Assembly: GCA_000004985.1 (NCBI GenBank)
Contig: GG738881.1
Source: Naegleria gruberi
Taxonomy: Eukaryota
Direction: 5' to 3' (one strand)
DNA length: 64,000 nt
Part shown: positions 1 to 9,879 of the stretch, piece after piece
Layout: each line of letters begins with the position of its first letter
Position numbering within the stretch: position 1 is the first letter of the stretch
The notes under the pieces: model-generated
Databases searched by the model: none
What the model was told of the DNA's origin: nothing
What the model saw: only the letters and a program-made list of their open reading frames with translations
Position numbers and translations under genes: made by a program

Positions 1-116
1 TCTCAGTTCAGTAAAGCGAAGATTCATGCAAAGATTCCAATGAGTGTTATTTTTGCTGGTGGTAACAATCCTTTTCAATCAACTTATCAATGAAGAATAT
101 GATATTTAATATACAT

Positions 117-1094
117 TTAGAATTTATCATCAACAAGTGGAGTAATATTCTTGTAAGGTTGATTCTTGAAAAATTCGAGAATGAAATCGTCTGTATATCT
201 CAAACTGAAATGGGTCAAAATGAATCTAGTTTGTGGATGTTTCTCAATGTAAGGTTTGATGTGATTCCAGTGCATGTGATAAGCTCCCAAAGCTGTTTCT
301 TCTTGTCCATTTTCTAAGAAGGTACATTCCACAACAATGACTGGAAATTCCAATAAGAATGGATTCATTTCAAAGACACGATAAGTAGTATCTCCCATAA
401 TTGCAATTCTTGGTTCTAGAATGATATCAGAAATTTCATCACCTTTTTCTTTTCTCAATTTGGCAATTTCAGCTCCCTTGAGCTCTGAATATTCTTTTTT
501 CAGTTTTTTCTTTCTTTCGTAAATGGCATACCCATTACAAGGCACACTATGATCACACTTTACAACTTTGGCCACATAATTATCCTTTCCACCAATTTTC
601 TCAATCAAATCTCCAGGTTCCACACCAATGATATCAATTGGTTTTCTTTCCTGAACACTTTCTCTTGGCAATGTCTTTCCAGCATTCAATTCCTGACAAC
701 TATGCAAAAAGTTCTCTACAAATTCCACCTTTCCCTTTGGTACATAAACTCTATTAGGATTTGATCTATTTACAAAAGCAGGTTGACAAGCAGCCAAATA
801 AAACGTATGATCCGCATGTGTATGAGTAATCAGAAAAGTATTAGGATTTTGACTCATATACTTTTTATCAATAAATCCCATATCGATATTACATGAGAGT
901 TGGGGAATTTGAAAGTAGGTAGCCTCCGCACTCTTTGAATGCCCAACGAAAGATAGGGCTGGATAGGAAGATGATTTTTTATGTTCCGATGATGATGATG
1001 ATGATTGTGGTGGTGGAGATGATGATGATGATTGATCGGAAGCATCTTCTGATGAACCTGTTGGTAATTCATAAATATTCGGAATGACTTTCAT
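117..1094 (-). CDS. Metallo-beta-lactamase-fold hydrolase with a Ser-rich N-terminal low-complexity region. The likely start is the MKVIPNIY methionine, because the upstream part of the track ORF looks like UTR.
   Basis: The HxHxDH motif (ITHTHADHTF) of the MBL superfamily is present. It is a single uninterrupted ORF. A (GAT)n-encoded SSSSSPPPQSSSSSS tract is present. Confidence 0.55.
   Translation of the reverse strand: MKVIPNIYELPTGSSEDASDQSSSSSPPPQSSSSSSEHKKSSSYPALSFVGHSKSAEATYFQIPQLSCNIDMGFIDKKYMSQNPNTFLITHTHADHTFYLAACQPAFVNRSNPNRVYVPKGKVEFVENFLHSCQELNAGKTLPRESVQERKPIDIIGVEPGDLIEKIGGKDNYVAKVVKCDHSVPCNGYAIYERKKKLKKEYSELKGAEIAKLRKEKGDEISDIILEPRIAIMGDTTYRVFEMNPFLLEFPVIVVECTFLENGQEETALGAYHMHWNHIKPYIEKHPQTRFILTHFSLRYTDDFILEFFKNQPYKNITPLVDDKF
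977..1037. repeat. (GAT/GGT)n trinucleotide microsatellite inside the MBL-fold CDS. It encodes a Ser-rich tract on the coding strand and His-rich or Asp-rich strings in the other frames.
   Basis: The run gatgatgatgatgattgtggtggtggagatgatgatgatgat is directly visible. Confidence 0.6.
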
Positions 1095-1400
1095 GATGAA
1101 AAGTACTTTGTTTGATTTTTTTTGATTTTGAAAAATTAATTTAATATTTTTGAAATTGAAGAAAAGCAATTTTGAAATTGAGGTTGAAATTGAGGTTAAA
1201 GTTCAGATTTGAAAATTATAAATTAAATTTGTTTCATGTGAGTAAGATGATGAAATTTAAGGTTCATGAAATTAAAATACCAATATGGAAGGTTGACAGG
1301 ATGCATTGTAATAGTTTCGAATACAAATTGAAACGAAAAAGAAACCTTTCCAGCTCATTAGCTTCATATTTGGCAACAAACAAAATATCACTCCAAAAAA

Positions 1401-2093
1401 ATGTTTAAACATTCCCTCCTTGCAATCCTTGCATTACTTTGCTTTACACATGTCTTTTCAACTGTGGCCACCTTCAATTTTCTATTCGAAAGACATGAAT
1501 CCATGAAGAGATCAACACTTCAAACAACAACCACTACTACATGCTGCCAACCAAATGTCTTCTCCCTAAAAGGCATCTTAAATCAAGTTGCCATTGGTAA
1601 AAACGCAACTTTACAACCACTCACCGGAACCATTCAATTATTCGCAGATTACAATCTTGGAAGAATTAGACAAGATGCAACATTCTCTGCCAATGGAATG
1701 AACTCGTCCATTTCTAGTTATGCATTCAAACTTTCTGAAAATCTTGCTGTCAAGTATGATATTCGTGGCGAGGGCAATTGTGCATGTCATCAGATTTCGT
1801 CCACTCATGATTTTCAGCCAATGTGTGTCCTTTCGTCCAATCAAATAAGAAAGGCAAAAATTGGAAAATATAATGCAAAGAATGTTATCTATAATGTAAT
1901 GGGAATGAATGCTAATATTTGGGTTTTTTATGAGAATCCAGACGAAAGTGAAAAGTGTTGGATTTTGAGTTCGTATTTCCCAGATTCGTTTTCTCTTCAG
2001 GAAATTGTGTATTATGATCAAGTTGAGAAGGTTGACCAAAATGTTTTTAAGGTTCCTAGTTATTGTCCAAAGATTGAACAATGTTCTGATTGA
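1401..2093 (+). CDS. Hypothetical secreted Cys-containing protein with an N-terminal signal peptide.
   Basis: It has an ATG start and the hydrophobic N-terminus MFKHSLLAILALLCFTHVFS. The ORF is 230 aa with no recognisable domain. Confidence 0.4.
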   Translation: MFKHSLLAILALLCFTHVFSTVATFNFLFERHESMKRSTLQTTTTTTCCQPNVFSLKGILNQVAIGKNATLQPLTGTIQLFADYNLGRIRQDATFSANGMNSSISSYAFKLSENLAVKYDIRGEGNCACHQISSTHDFQPMCVLSSNQIRKAKIGKYNAKNVIYNVMGMNANIWVFYENPDESEKCWILSSYFPDSFSLQEIVYYDQVEKVDQNVFKVPSYCPKIEQCSD

Positions 2094-2125
2094 GAATATT
2101 TCAGTTTCGAATAAAAATTTATTGC

Positions 2126-3280
2126 TCAATTGAAATTATCCCAAAATTCCATTGTTGATTTTTCCTTAAATACAAAAGGAATTTCCAAAAATCCTCTAAT
2201 CATTTTCAATAAATCAATTCCAACCAAAAGTCCGATCATTCCCGCTAATTCCCCAAGTAATCCCTCAATTGAGTTTGTGTAAACTTCCTCAATTTGAGTT
2301 GTACTGAGAGAGTTGTAAGTTACTGAAATAGTTAGTGAAGTTTCGTCTGCATTATACGTTCTGAGAACTGTCTTTTCAGAATTCCATTTTGTAGAATTGA
2401 GATTTGGATTATCAATTGTTGGTTTTAATCGAGTGGTGATGACTTTGGTCAACATGAAAAAGTTATCTAATGAGGGAAGGGCATAATTAGTTTCGGATAA
2501 TAAATCAGGAGTGGTTCCTTGCTCATGGAATGAAACAATGAATCCCATTTTGACTTTTTTAGAACTGATTTCAGTTGGAGTTGGAGCATTCAATCCGAAA
2601 AAACTGTTTCGAATAATAGACAAGAAATCAAAAGAAATTGACATGAAATTCAAACTATTGTATATTACTTACAATGTTCTAATTCCATTATATCCAATCA
2701 ATGACGATTTCATTAAATTAGCACTCGAACTATCCGAAATATTATTAAAAACATAACAATGATACTTGTTTCCTCCCTGTTCAATTTCCTTATAATAAAC
2801 CTGGTCAGAATTGTAATTATTCGAAGATTGAAAATCAACAGCTCCATCAAATCGAAGGGCACAAGCATTACAATCAGAAGGACCTGCATTCCAATTACAA
2901 ACTCTATTCGAATCAGTTTCCAATAATTGTAAGAAAACAAATGAGCCAACTTACGTAACTGCTGGCAGGGTAAGGGAAGTTGCTGGAATCCAACTCATGG
3001 TTGTGGTTGGCTTGGACATGGCCTCAACATAACTCATCGATTGTCTAATGGTGTAATAGACCATGAAACTCAACATGATGAACCAGCCAATCATGGTCAG
3101 GATGTGATACCATTTGAAGGGGAATTTCCAGCCACATAGCTCAACATGTTGGATTGGCTCATCTGGGTTGTCTTTGATTGGACTGACATCTTGTTTGTTG
3201 ATGGTGGCTCGTTCCTTATTTTCGGTTGATGTTGGGTTGGTTTCTTGCATTTCAATGGGAGTCACCGAATTGGTGGCCAT
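2126..3280 (-). CDS. ENaC/degenerin/ASIC-like (amiloride-sensitive Na+ channel family) paralog A, with three coding segments.
   Basis: Exon 1 (2955..3280) encodes TM1 and ends in LTLPAVT, which with the first residues of exon 2 (ICNWN) gives the ENaC post-TM1 signature FPAVTIC. Exon 2 is 2673..2903 and exon 3 is 2126..about 2564-2654. The C-terminal segment encodes IEGLLGELAGMIGLLVGIDLL, matching the ASIC pre-TM2/TM2 consensus LLGDIGGQMGLFIGASIL. Introns 2904..2954 and 2655..2672 have gtaagt donors and ag acceptors. The exon 2/3 junction is ambiguous between an 18-nt micro-intron and acceptors at 2603 or 2564. Confidence 0.55.
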
Positions 3281-3507
3281 TTTTTTATGATCTTTAGTAT
3301 AACAGTTTGGCGGTAATTTACTACAATTTTTGATTCTTTCTTACTTGAGCTAGTACATCATTCGGGATGGCTTTTTATTAACGAAAGTCTTCAAACTGAT
3401 ACAGTTACTTCAAAACACAAAATATCAAGGCATATGTAAATTCAAAGAATTAATTGAAATTATCCCACAACTCCATAGTTGACTTTTCTCTAAATATCAA
3501 AGGTATC

Positions 3508-4668
3508 TCAAGCAAACCTCTTATAGTCTTTAAAATATCTATTCCCATAAGCAATCCCAGCATGCCTATTTGAAAAAAGTGAGATGCTCATAATACAATG
3601 TTTGAGAAGTAACATACCTGCAAGTTCTCCCAATAATCCTTCAATTGAAACTGTCAATACTTCTTCAATATGATTAACATTTAGGGTGCCATAAGTAACA
3701 GCGACTGTTAGGGATGTATTACTACTAACTGTTGACATTAGAACAGTGTTTTTGGAAGCCCATTCAGTAGTTTCCAGATTTTGATGTTCAACTGAAGGAT
3801 TTAACCTTTTAGTAACTTGTTTTGTTAGGATATAAAAGTTATCCAATCCAGGTTGGGCATAGTTGGTTTCAGAAAGAATGTTTGGAGTTGTTCCAGGCTC
3901 ATGGAATGATACTGTAAAACCCATTCTTTTGATATTGGCCTTGATTTCCTTTTCGTTTGGTTCTCTCAGGGAAAAATCGCTAACATATGAGCTTCTACTA
4001 ACAGAATAATCGTCAATTACTTACAACCTTCGCATTCCAGAATAACCAGTAAGCCATGATTTGAATACTTTGGTGCTATCTGTGATATTATTAAACACAT
4101 AGCAGTGATAATTTCTTCCACCTTGAACTATTTCTTTGTAATAATATTGATCATCAGTATACGGGGTGATCGATTCTTGACCGTCTTCCCTAGTCATGGT
4201 AAATTGAATTTTACTATCTTTATGACCTACCTTTGAAAATCCAAACACCCACTATAATAGATCCAACATGCATCACAATCAGAGGGACCTGCATTCCAAT
4301 TGCATACTCTAATTTTGAATTCCTATATTCAATTTCAATTGGAATTTAACTTACGTGATGGCTGGTAAGGCTAGTTTTAAAGTTGATTCCCAAGACATCG
4401 AAGTGGTTGGCTTTCCCAATGCCTCACTATAACTCATCGCCTGCCTAATAATATAATAAATCATAAATCCAATCATGATAACCCATCCAATCATGGTCAG
4501 TAGATGAAACCACTTGAACGGAAACTTCCATCCTCCAATTTTTACACTATTTCTTCTTTCCTCTTCGTCTTCGGCTGTTGTTGTTGGCTTCATAGAAGCT
4601 GCAGCAGAACCTCCTGCTTCCTTCTCTTGCATTTCAATTGGGCTAACGGAGGTTTTACTCATTTTCAC
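3508..4668 (-). CDS. ENaC/degenerin/ASIC-like paralog B.
   Basis: Exons are 4355..4668 (ending LALPAIT), 4231..4308, 4025..4213 and 3508..3925. The NYHCYVFNN block is conserved with paralog A. The C-terminus carries the GLLGELAGM motif. A 17-nt gtaggt..atag segment (4214..4230) must be removed to keep the frame. The other introns are 46 and 99 nt. Confidence 0.55.
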
Positions 4669-4720
4669 TTTTTTTTTAAGATTGAAGTGAACCTTAATAA
4701 CAGATCTTAAGCGTTATTTT

Positions 4721-4734
4721 TTTTGGCGCCAAAA
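4721..4734. promoter_or_regulatory. Palindromic E2F-type site TTTTGGCGCCAAAA in the divergent promoter between ENaC-like paralogs B and C.
   Basis: It is a perfect TTTGGCGCCAAA palindrome, which is the canonical high-affinity E2F/DP site. It lies 53 bp upstream of the paralog B start and 110 bp upstream of the paralog C start. Confidence 0.3.
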
Positions 4735-4843
4735 TACAAGTTCATCCAATTACGAAAAAAATATAACAACAAACTAACAAAACCATCATTTGATTTTGTG
4801 AGGAGAGAACTAAGTAGCAGATCGGAAGATAGTTGTTTGAAAA

Positions 4844-5803
4844 ATGATGGCAGCACCTGAAAAACAATTTAATTGGAGAATTATAAAACATGTACTAGTA
4901 CTCTTGTTTTGGTTCATCAATACTGGTGTTTTTGCATATTATATTTATTCACAGGCAGTTTCATTTATCAAGACTGAACAATCTCCTGTGACTTCAACTT
5001 CCTATTCATATGAAGATCCATTGAACTATCCGACTATAACAATTTGTGATTGGAGTAGAGAATCATCATTTGCGGCTACTTGTCCTGTTTGTACATTTGA
5101 ATACATTTCGTGTTATTGGTATAATTATGCAGATGACACAAATAATCCAGTGGCTTGCCCTCTAACATTTACCTTTTTTAAGGATGGTCAATCTTGCTTT
5201 GAGGCAAATGCAGATATAAGCAAATTGCTGACTGCCAAGAAAAAAGGATATCTAGGATCAATCAACATGTTATTTAGAATTCCTATCAATTATACTGATC
5301 CACTTCTTAGTGCTTACAGACTTGGAGCTTCTATCACTTTTAGAGAGCCAGGAACTCTACTGGGAAGCATATTTGCTGAAACTAATTATGCCATTCCAGG
5401 TCGATATAATTTATTTTCAATCAAAAAGGTGGTCTACGAGAAATTGCCTAAACCTCAGACCACCTCTATTGATGAGATTCCTTTACCAACAACAGATTCT
5501 TCAACAAAAACAATTTCATACGAGGCAACCTATTCAGCCCTCAAACGAGTGAAAACTGCAGACATGACAGACAATGATTATCTGGAGCAAATTGAGGTGG
5601 CATTCACATATGAAGAGTTAAAGACAACAACAATTACAGAAATTCAACAAAAAGATGGTTGGAGTTTGTTTGGAGAAGTTGCTGGAATGGCTGGGTTATT
5701 GCTTGGATTGGATATTTTGAAATCGTTTAGACTTTTCCTAATGTTTCCTCGTCTTTTCTTCAGACAAACCTCACTTGGAAAAATTTGGGAAGCTATGAAT
5801 TAA
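4844..5803 (+). CDS. ENaC/degenerin/ASIC-like paralog C, single exon, 319 aa.
   Basis: An N-terminal TM helix is followed by NYPTITICDWS, matching the ENaC FPAVTIC motif. FREPGTLLGSIFAETNYAIPG aligns with paralogs A and B. The C-terminus carries GEVAGMAGLLLGLDILK, the TM2 motif. Confidence 0.6.
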   Translation: MMAAPEKQFNWRIIKHVLVLLFWFINTGVFAYYIYSQAVSFIKTEQSPVTSTSYSYEDPLNYPTITICDWSRESSFAATCPVCTFEYISCYWYNYADDTNNPVACPLTFTFFKDGQSCFEANADISKLLTAKKKGYLGSINMLFRIPINYTDPLLSAYRLGASITFREPGTLLGSIFAETNYAIPGRYNLFSIKKVVYEKLPKPQTTSIDEIPLPTTDSSTKTISYEATYSALKRVKTADMTDNDYLEQIEVAFTYEELKTTTITEIQQKDGWSLFGEVAGMAGLLLGLDILKSFRLFLMFPRLFFRQTSLGKIWEAMN

Positions 5804-5905
5804 CAACAGACTAGGACAAATAATAATCGATTATGATATTTTTGTAAATATAAAGATTTTAAACATTGCAACCTAAAAATATTATCGTAATCATCCTGAA
5901 AAAAA

Positions 5906-7721
5906 ATGCCAACTGTCAAACTTGGAGTGACACTGTGCCTACTTGTTCTTCTTCAACTACTATTCATCACAACAACAAAGGCAGACATACCAGTACACTG
6001 CGTTCATGATGACATTGCCAACAATGAGTGGAAATTATTCATCACACCATCCATCTACTCCGTTCCAAATAGAAATTCTAAAATTGCCTTCAGAAAACAA
6101 TTTGTTCCATTAAATTGTACAAGATTTGACAAGGAAGATTTGACAATTTCTAGGGTATTACGTGTCTATCTTGAATATCCAAATATTGTCCGTGATAGTT
6201 TGGATAATTCTAGAATTGGAACTTGGACTATGGTTTATGATCAGGGATTTGAAATTACTTTAAAGGATGATTTTAGTGAGATTAGTTTATTTGCATTCAG
6301 TTCATTTGAAAGAATGAAGAATGATACTCAACTTATCAAGTCAAAGTGTCATGAAACTTTTGTAGGAAATTATCGTAAAACTTCGAGAGATGGAAAGAAT
6401 TCACTTGGATGTTATTATGCTGAAAAGACTAAACCATCTGCAAATGATGTTAAAATTTCATTACCTGTCAATACTCTATTGTACAAGTATTTTGATCCAA
6501 AGAATAATGGAAAAGGATTAAACGTTAATAAGAAGGATTCAGATGATGATTTTGAAAGTGAATCTGATTTGGATTTGAGAATTTTGAGAACTATCAAACC
6601 ATCAAATACCAAATTCAAGAACGACAAGACCTTAATTGATTGGATTAATACTCAATCTGATGATTTGGGTTGGTCTGCTCAAGCTTATCCACAATTTGAA
6701 GAAATGACAGAAGCTGATCTTATCAATCTCTCAGGTGGATGGAAATCACTCTTCTTGGGCCATTGGAACAAATGGAGACCAATTGGTTTGGATGATGCAG
6801 AATCATTTGAGAGCACTTCTGATAACTTTGCCATTGCCAATCAAGAATTATTGAACCAAGTTGAAAAATTACCAAAGAACTTTGACTGGAGTAATGTTGA
6901 TGGAGAAAATTACGTTCCAGATGTAAAAAATCAGATGGCGTGCGGATCTTGCTACGCTTTTGCTGCAGTCACAGCTATTGAATCTCGTATTAGAATTCAA
7001 AGCAGAAATAATGTCAGAGAACCACTTGCAGTTCAAGATATTGTCTCCTGTAGTCCATACGCTCAAAAGTGTCATGGTGGTATTCCATATGCTGTAGGTC
7101 GTCATTTACGTGATTTTAATCTCGTTCCAGAATCATGCTTCCCTTACAAGGGTTCAGAAAATGTTGCCTGTTCATCCAAGTGTAAGAATCCAGAATATAT
7201 TGTCAAGGTCACAAAGTATAGATATGTCTCTGATTATTATGGAGGTTCAAATTATGCCAACATGATGAAGGAAATTTATGAACATGGTCCAATTTCTGCC
7301 AGTTATTTGATTTATCCAGACTTTAAGGTAGGTTATTTGAATATTATTTAAAGGTTTCATTAATTTTTTATCTAGTACTACTCGAAAGGTATTTACAAGC
7401 ATTCTGGTAAGGGTTATCCAATGAAAACAGATAGAATCAATCGTGAAATGAATGGATGGGAACCAACTACTCACTCAGTTGTTATTACTGGTTGGGGAGA
7501 AGATCCAAAAACTGGTGAAAAGTATTGGAATGTTTTGAACTCTGTAAGTAGTTGATTCAATAATTTTCATTCTCATTCAATTAATTCTAAAAAACCAAAA
7601 GTGGTCTGAAAGCTGGGGTGAGAATGGTAGATTCCGTATCAAACGTGGAAATGATGAATGTGCTATTGAAGCTGAAGGAGTTGCCTTCTATCCAGAAGTA
7701 ATCTTTATGAATAAATATTAA
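5906..7721 (+). CDS. Cathepsin C / dipeptidyl-peptidase I homolog (papain family C1 with an N-terminal exclusion domain), three exons.
   Basis: The proposed structure is join(5906..7327,7376..7543,7602..7721). A signal peptide is present. The exclusion-domain motif [14 protein letters not shown] matches DPP1 IYNQGFEIVL. The active-site motif CGSCYAF is present. The last exon encodes [23 protein letters not shown]. Donors are gtaggt and gtaagt, and both acceptors are ag. Confidence 0.8.
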
Positions 7722-7736
7722 CAACTCTGGAGAGAT

Positions 7737-8731
7737 TTACTTCTTTTGAGATTTGGCTTGTTGATCTACCAGTTGTCTGCTTCGTAAATCAGCTTGTCTG
7801 ATTGGTTCTGGAATTTTATGGATACAAGTCATGGTCACAACTTTGATGGCAGTATCGAGACATACTTTGTGGCCAATACTAACGTACAATGGTCTGATGG
7901 ATTTATCAGTTGGTTGCAGAACTACTCCTAATACTTGACCACTAGTTTCTCCAATTAGATCTGCATAATCTCCCTTTTTCTTTAATTTTTCTGCCACTAG
8001 CTCTTTAACTCCTTCTCTTGTTAATCCATCAACGTACTATGTTATCATTGATTAATACTATTAATGTAATTTTACAAAATACATACTAGTAATTTTTTGG
8101 CAACTCCAATTGTTGGAATATTCGCTTCAACACCCAAATGAGCTGCTAATCCAAATCCTCTCTGATGCAAAATTCCATTTCCATCCACTAGAATGATTTG
8201 TGGTTTAGGTTGTGTTGAATTTAACATTTCCTCAATCATGATTTTCAAATGTGGAACTTCTCTAAATGCAAGACTAATTTCCATGTAAATAATTTCAATA
8301 CAACAGTAAACCTACAATCCTGGAATGTATGGATGAGCCATTCTCACCTTTTCATACTTTTCATATACAACTTTCAAATCAGGAAATGACAAGACAATCA
8401 AACTTGCAATAGCATCCCTCGGATCAGTCTTATCAAAACTTATATCCACTCCTCCAACAAACTTTAATGTAGAATCCAAATCATTCGGATCAAAATCAAT
8501 CTCATCACGAATACTCAATTTTTCCTTCAATTCATCCTGTTGAATAATCCACTCTGATTTAATTCTCTCCAATTCTTCCTCAGAAATTCCTGAATTAATA
8601 TTCATTGCCATTTCATCGACTATTACTGGTTCACCACTATCTAATGATGTTGTTGCTACTGATGCGGAGGAATCAACAGCATAGGAAGAAGAATCCTGAT
8701 GCGTAGTATCTGTAGAGTTGCTTTGCGACAT
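7737..8731 (-). CDS. Endonuclease V (nfi/ENDOV) homolog, three exons.
   Basis: The proposed structure is complement(join(7737..8036,8087..8273,8316..8731)). The spliced protein contains VGGVDISF, HPYIPGFLAFREVP, ILVDGNGILHQRGFGLAAHLGVEANIPTIGVAKKLL and RPLYVSIGHK. These are collinear with the human ENDOV motifs SGFLAFREVP, LLVDGNG, VGVAKKLL and PLYISVGH. Confidence 0.75.
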
Positions 8732-8974
8732 TTTTTTTGTATTGTGTTTTTTGTAAACAATTTAGAAATTGCACTCTGATGAAGATATTGAAGAAAATGG
8801 AAAGAGTTTTTAATTAGAAATGAAGAGTAGATATTGGGTGAGAGGCGATTGAGTGTTTTCCAATCAAATTTTGCAATTTGATTCAGTAAAATACCCTCAA
8901 TGAAAGAATTCTTTGATCTGAACAAAAGTTCAATTCAGAATTGAGTAGCATTACAAACAAATTACACAAAAAAA

Positions 8975-9550
8975 ATGTCTCAAATTGAGGAGATGATTAC
9001 ACCTGAAATTCTCACTCATCACATTTTCACCTTCCTTGATGGTGTCGATTTATTCGTCGGATGCGTCCTTGTATGTCGGAAGTGGTACGAGTTGGTTTGG
9101 GTTTCTCCCAAAAAACTAGTGAAAATTCATAATTGTAATGCCAAGTTGAGTCTGCTGATGGGATTGGGAAGATTTAATAACGTGAAAGGCTTTGTGTTGT
9201 ATAATTTTGATCATTCTACGTTGGGATCATTGTTATCTTCCAAGCAAATTTGTAAATCTGTAGAAAAATTAATTATTGATGGGCAAGATGAGAATTCAAT
9301 TGGAAAGGAAGGAGCAATGCTGATTACAAGACGTAAACTTCCCAATTTGAAATATTTATCCCTTAAGGAATTGTGTAAATCTGCAATTTCAATCATATTG
9401 AGAGCGGATAATTTGAGGAGCATTGAGGAATTGTGGATTTCAAATAGTGAGGATGTGAGTGAAGACCAAGTTAAGCAAAAGATTGTGTTTGCTAATTTTC
9501 CAAATTTGCAAATCTTGAATGGAATTAATTTATATGAAACAGTTCGCTGA
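8975..9550 (+). CDS. F-box-like protein with a leucine-rich C-terminal region.
   Basis: It has an ATG start and the F-box-like N-terminus ILTHHIFTFLDGVDLFVGCVLVCRKWYELVW, followed by LRR-like repeats. Confidence 0.4.
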   Translation: MSQIEEMITPEILTHHIFTFLDGVDLFVGCVLVCRKWYELVWVSPKKLVKIHNCNAKLSLLMGLGRFNNVKGFVLYNFDHSTLGSLLSSKQICKSVEKLIIDGQDENSIGKEGAMLITRRKLPNLKYLSLKELCKSAISIILRADNLRSIEELWISNSEDVSEDQVKQKIVFANFPNLQILNGINLYETVR

Positions 9551-9879
9551 GCTGAGGATTTTGAATTTTTATTGCTTTCAAGAATTAAATTTGTTTACAG
9601 GACTCATTATCATTTTCCAATAGCTCTGATCTTACTTCCTCTTATGTCTGCAATTTCTCTACCCAACTTTTAAACATCTTCACAAATGGACGATATTCTT
9701 CTTTAATGTGCCACAGCTCAATAGAACTATTAATTTGCTTTTTGTAATTGTTTACATAAATGGAAATCATGCGTTGCGCCCCGCCATATCAAAATGGTTC
9801 AATGCACGATATCAATTTAAATGAAAAACAGTTAAAATTTTAATTTCCAACAACAATTTTAAAAAAAATTAACAACAAC

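Noticed and set aside
854-1072. The His-rich ORF (HHHHLHHHNHHHHH) on the minus strand.
   Set aside because: It is an alternative-frame reading of the (GAT)n microsatellite inside the MBL-fold gene and is not an independent gene.
2655-2672. Treating ENaC paralog A as a simple pseudogene because of the in-frame TAA.
   Set aside because: This was not adopted as the primary call. The stop sits inside a perfect gtaagt...tag element, downstream coding potential is retained, and paralog B shows the same pattern. The pseudogene possibility is kept as an alternative in the findings.
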